64,000 bases of DNA, taken from Laetmonice hystrix (lineage: Eukaryota). Both the position numbers and the translations under genes were made by a program. Where the stretch lies: positions 31,250,001 through 31,314,000 of the forward strand of contig OZ249436.1 in assembly GCA_965235115.1 (NCBI GenBank), read 5' to 3'. This document shows positions 62,410 to 64,000 of the stretch, piece after piece. Position 1 is the stretch's first letter. Each line of letters starts with the position of its first letter. A model generated the notes under the pieces. That model was not told the DNA's origin. It saw only the letters and a list, made by a program, of their open reading frames with translations, and did no database searches.

Positions 62410-64000
62410 GTCCCCACCCTCTAGCAGTTCCTCGAGCCCGCAGCATAAGGCCCCCTATTTGTGAGTCCCCCACCCGCTATAGTAGGTCATAGAGCCCGCA
62501 GCATAAGGCCCCTTATTTGTGAGTCCCCCACCCGCTAGTAGGTCCTAGAGCCCGCAGCATAAGGCCCCTTTTTGTGAGTCCCCCACCCGCTAGTAGGTCC
62601 TAGAGCCCGCAGCATAGGGCCCCCTATTTGTGAGTCCCCCATCCGCTAGTAGGTCCTAGAGCCCGCAGCATAAGGCCCCATATTTGTGAGTCCCCCACCC
62701 GCTAGTAGGTCCTAGAGCCCGCAGCATAAGGTCCCCTATTTGTGAGTCTCCCACCCGCTAGTAGGTCATAGAGCCCGCAGCATAAGGCCCCCTATTTGTG
62801 AGTCCCCCACCCGCTAGTAGGTCCTAGAGCCCGAGGAATAAGGCCCCCTATTTGTGAGTCCCCCACCCGCTAGTAGGTCCTAGAGCCCGAGGCATAAGGC
62901 CCCCTATTTGTGAGTCCCCCACCCGCTAGTAATTCCGGGAGCCCGCTGTATAAAGCCCGCTGTTTGTGAGTCCCCCACCCGCTAGTAGTTCCGCGAGCCC
63001 GCTGTATAAAGCCGCTATTTGTGAGTCCCCCACCCGCTAGTAGTTCCGGGAGCCCGCTGTATAAAGCCGCTATTTGTGAGTCTCCCACCCGCTAGTAGTT
63101 CCGGGAGCCCGCTGTATAAAGCCGCTATTTGTGAGTCCCCCACCCGCTAGTAGTTCCGGGAGCCCGCTGTATAAAGCCGCTATTTGTGAGTCCCCCCACC
63201 CGCTAGTAGTTCCGGGAGCCCGCTGTATAAAGCCGCTATTTGTGAGTCTCCCACCCGCTAGTAGTTCCGGGAGCCCGCTGTATAAAGCCCGCTATTTGTG
63301 AGTCCCCCACCCGCTAGTATAGTTCCGGGAGCCCGCTGTATAAAGCCGCTATTTGTGAGTCCCCCACCCGCTAGTATAGTTCCGGGAGCCCGCTGTATAA
63401 AGCCGCTATTTGTGAGTCCCCCACCCGCTAGTAGTTCCGGGAGCCCGCTGTATAAAGCCCGCTATTTGTGAGTCCCCCACCCGCTAGTAGTTCCGGGAGC
63501 CCGCTGTATAAAGCCCCTATTTGTGAGTCCCCCACCCGCTAGTAGTTCCGGGAGCCCGCTGTATAAAGCCGCTATTTGTGAGTCCCCCCACCCGCTAGTA
63601 GTTCCGGGAGCCCGCTGTATAAAGCCGCTATTTGTGAGTCCCCCACCCGCTAGTAGTTCCGGGAGCCCGCTGTATAAAGCCCCTATTTGTGAGTCCCCCA
63701 CCCGCTAGTAGTTCCGGGAGCCCGCTGTATAAAGCCGCTATGTGTGAGTCCCCCCACCCGCTAGTAGTTCCGGGAGCCCGCTGTATAAAGCCCCTATTTG
63801 TGAGTCCCCCACCCGCTAGTAGTTCCGGGAGCCCGCTGTATAAAGCCGCTATTTGTGAGTCCCCCACCCGCTAGTAGGTCCTAGCGCCCGCAGCATAAGG
63901 CCCCTATTTGTGAGTCCCCCACCCGCTAGTAGGTCCTAGAGCCCGCAGCATAAGGCCCCCTATTTGTGAGTCTCCCACCCGCTAGTAGTTCCGGGAGCCC
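62410..64000. repeat. About 61-bp minisatellite with two subtypes, running off the window end
   Basis: Core tatttgtgagtcccccacccgctagtag followed by subtype A (gtcctagagcccgcagcataaggcccc) or B (ttccgggagcccgctgtataaagccgc). Confidence 0.97.

Overview
This is eukaryotic genomic DNA, most likely from a marine invertebrate (inferred from the repeat families and the frequent TAGGCCTA). It looks intronic or intergenic. I could not identify an intact host protein-coding gene, rRNA, true tRNA gene or CRISPR array. Roughly 20% of the window (about 12.5 kb by hand count) is mini- and microsatellite, and these arrays produce nearly all the long ORFs in the track. Much of the rest is nested DNA-transposon debris: PIF/Harbinger MITEs, hAT-like MITEs with 5-, 6- and 8-bp TSDs, Kolobok-like and Ginger-like elements, two Helentron-associated (HINE/DINE-1-like) elements, a tRNA-derived SINE and a decayed LINE RT. 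The most informative feature is a 4.8-kb EnSpm/CACTA (CMC) element at 28173-32939. It carries a spliced SAM-domain gene and an internally deleted C2H2-finger transposase ORF that starts just inside the next intron. An alternative splice acceptor would join SAM exon 1 in frame to that transposase.
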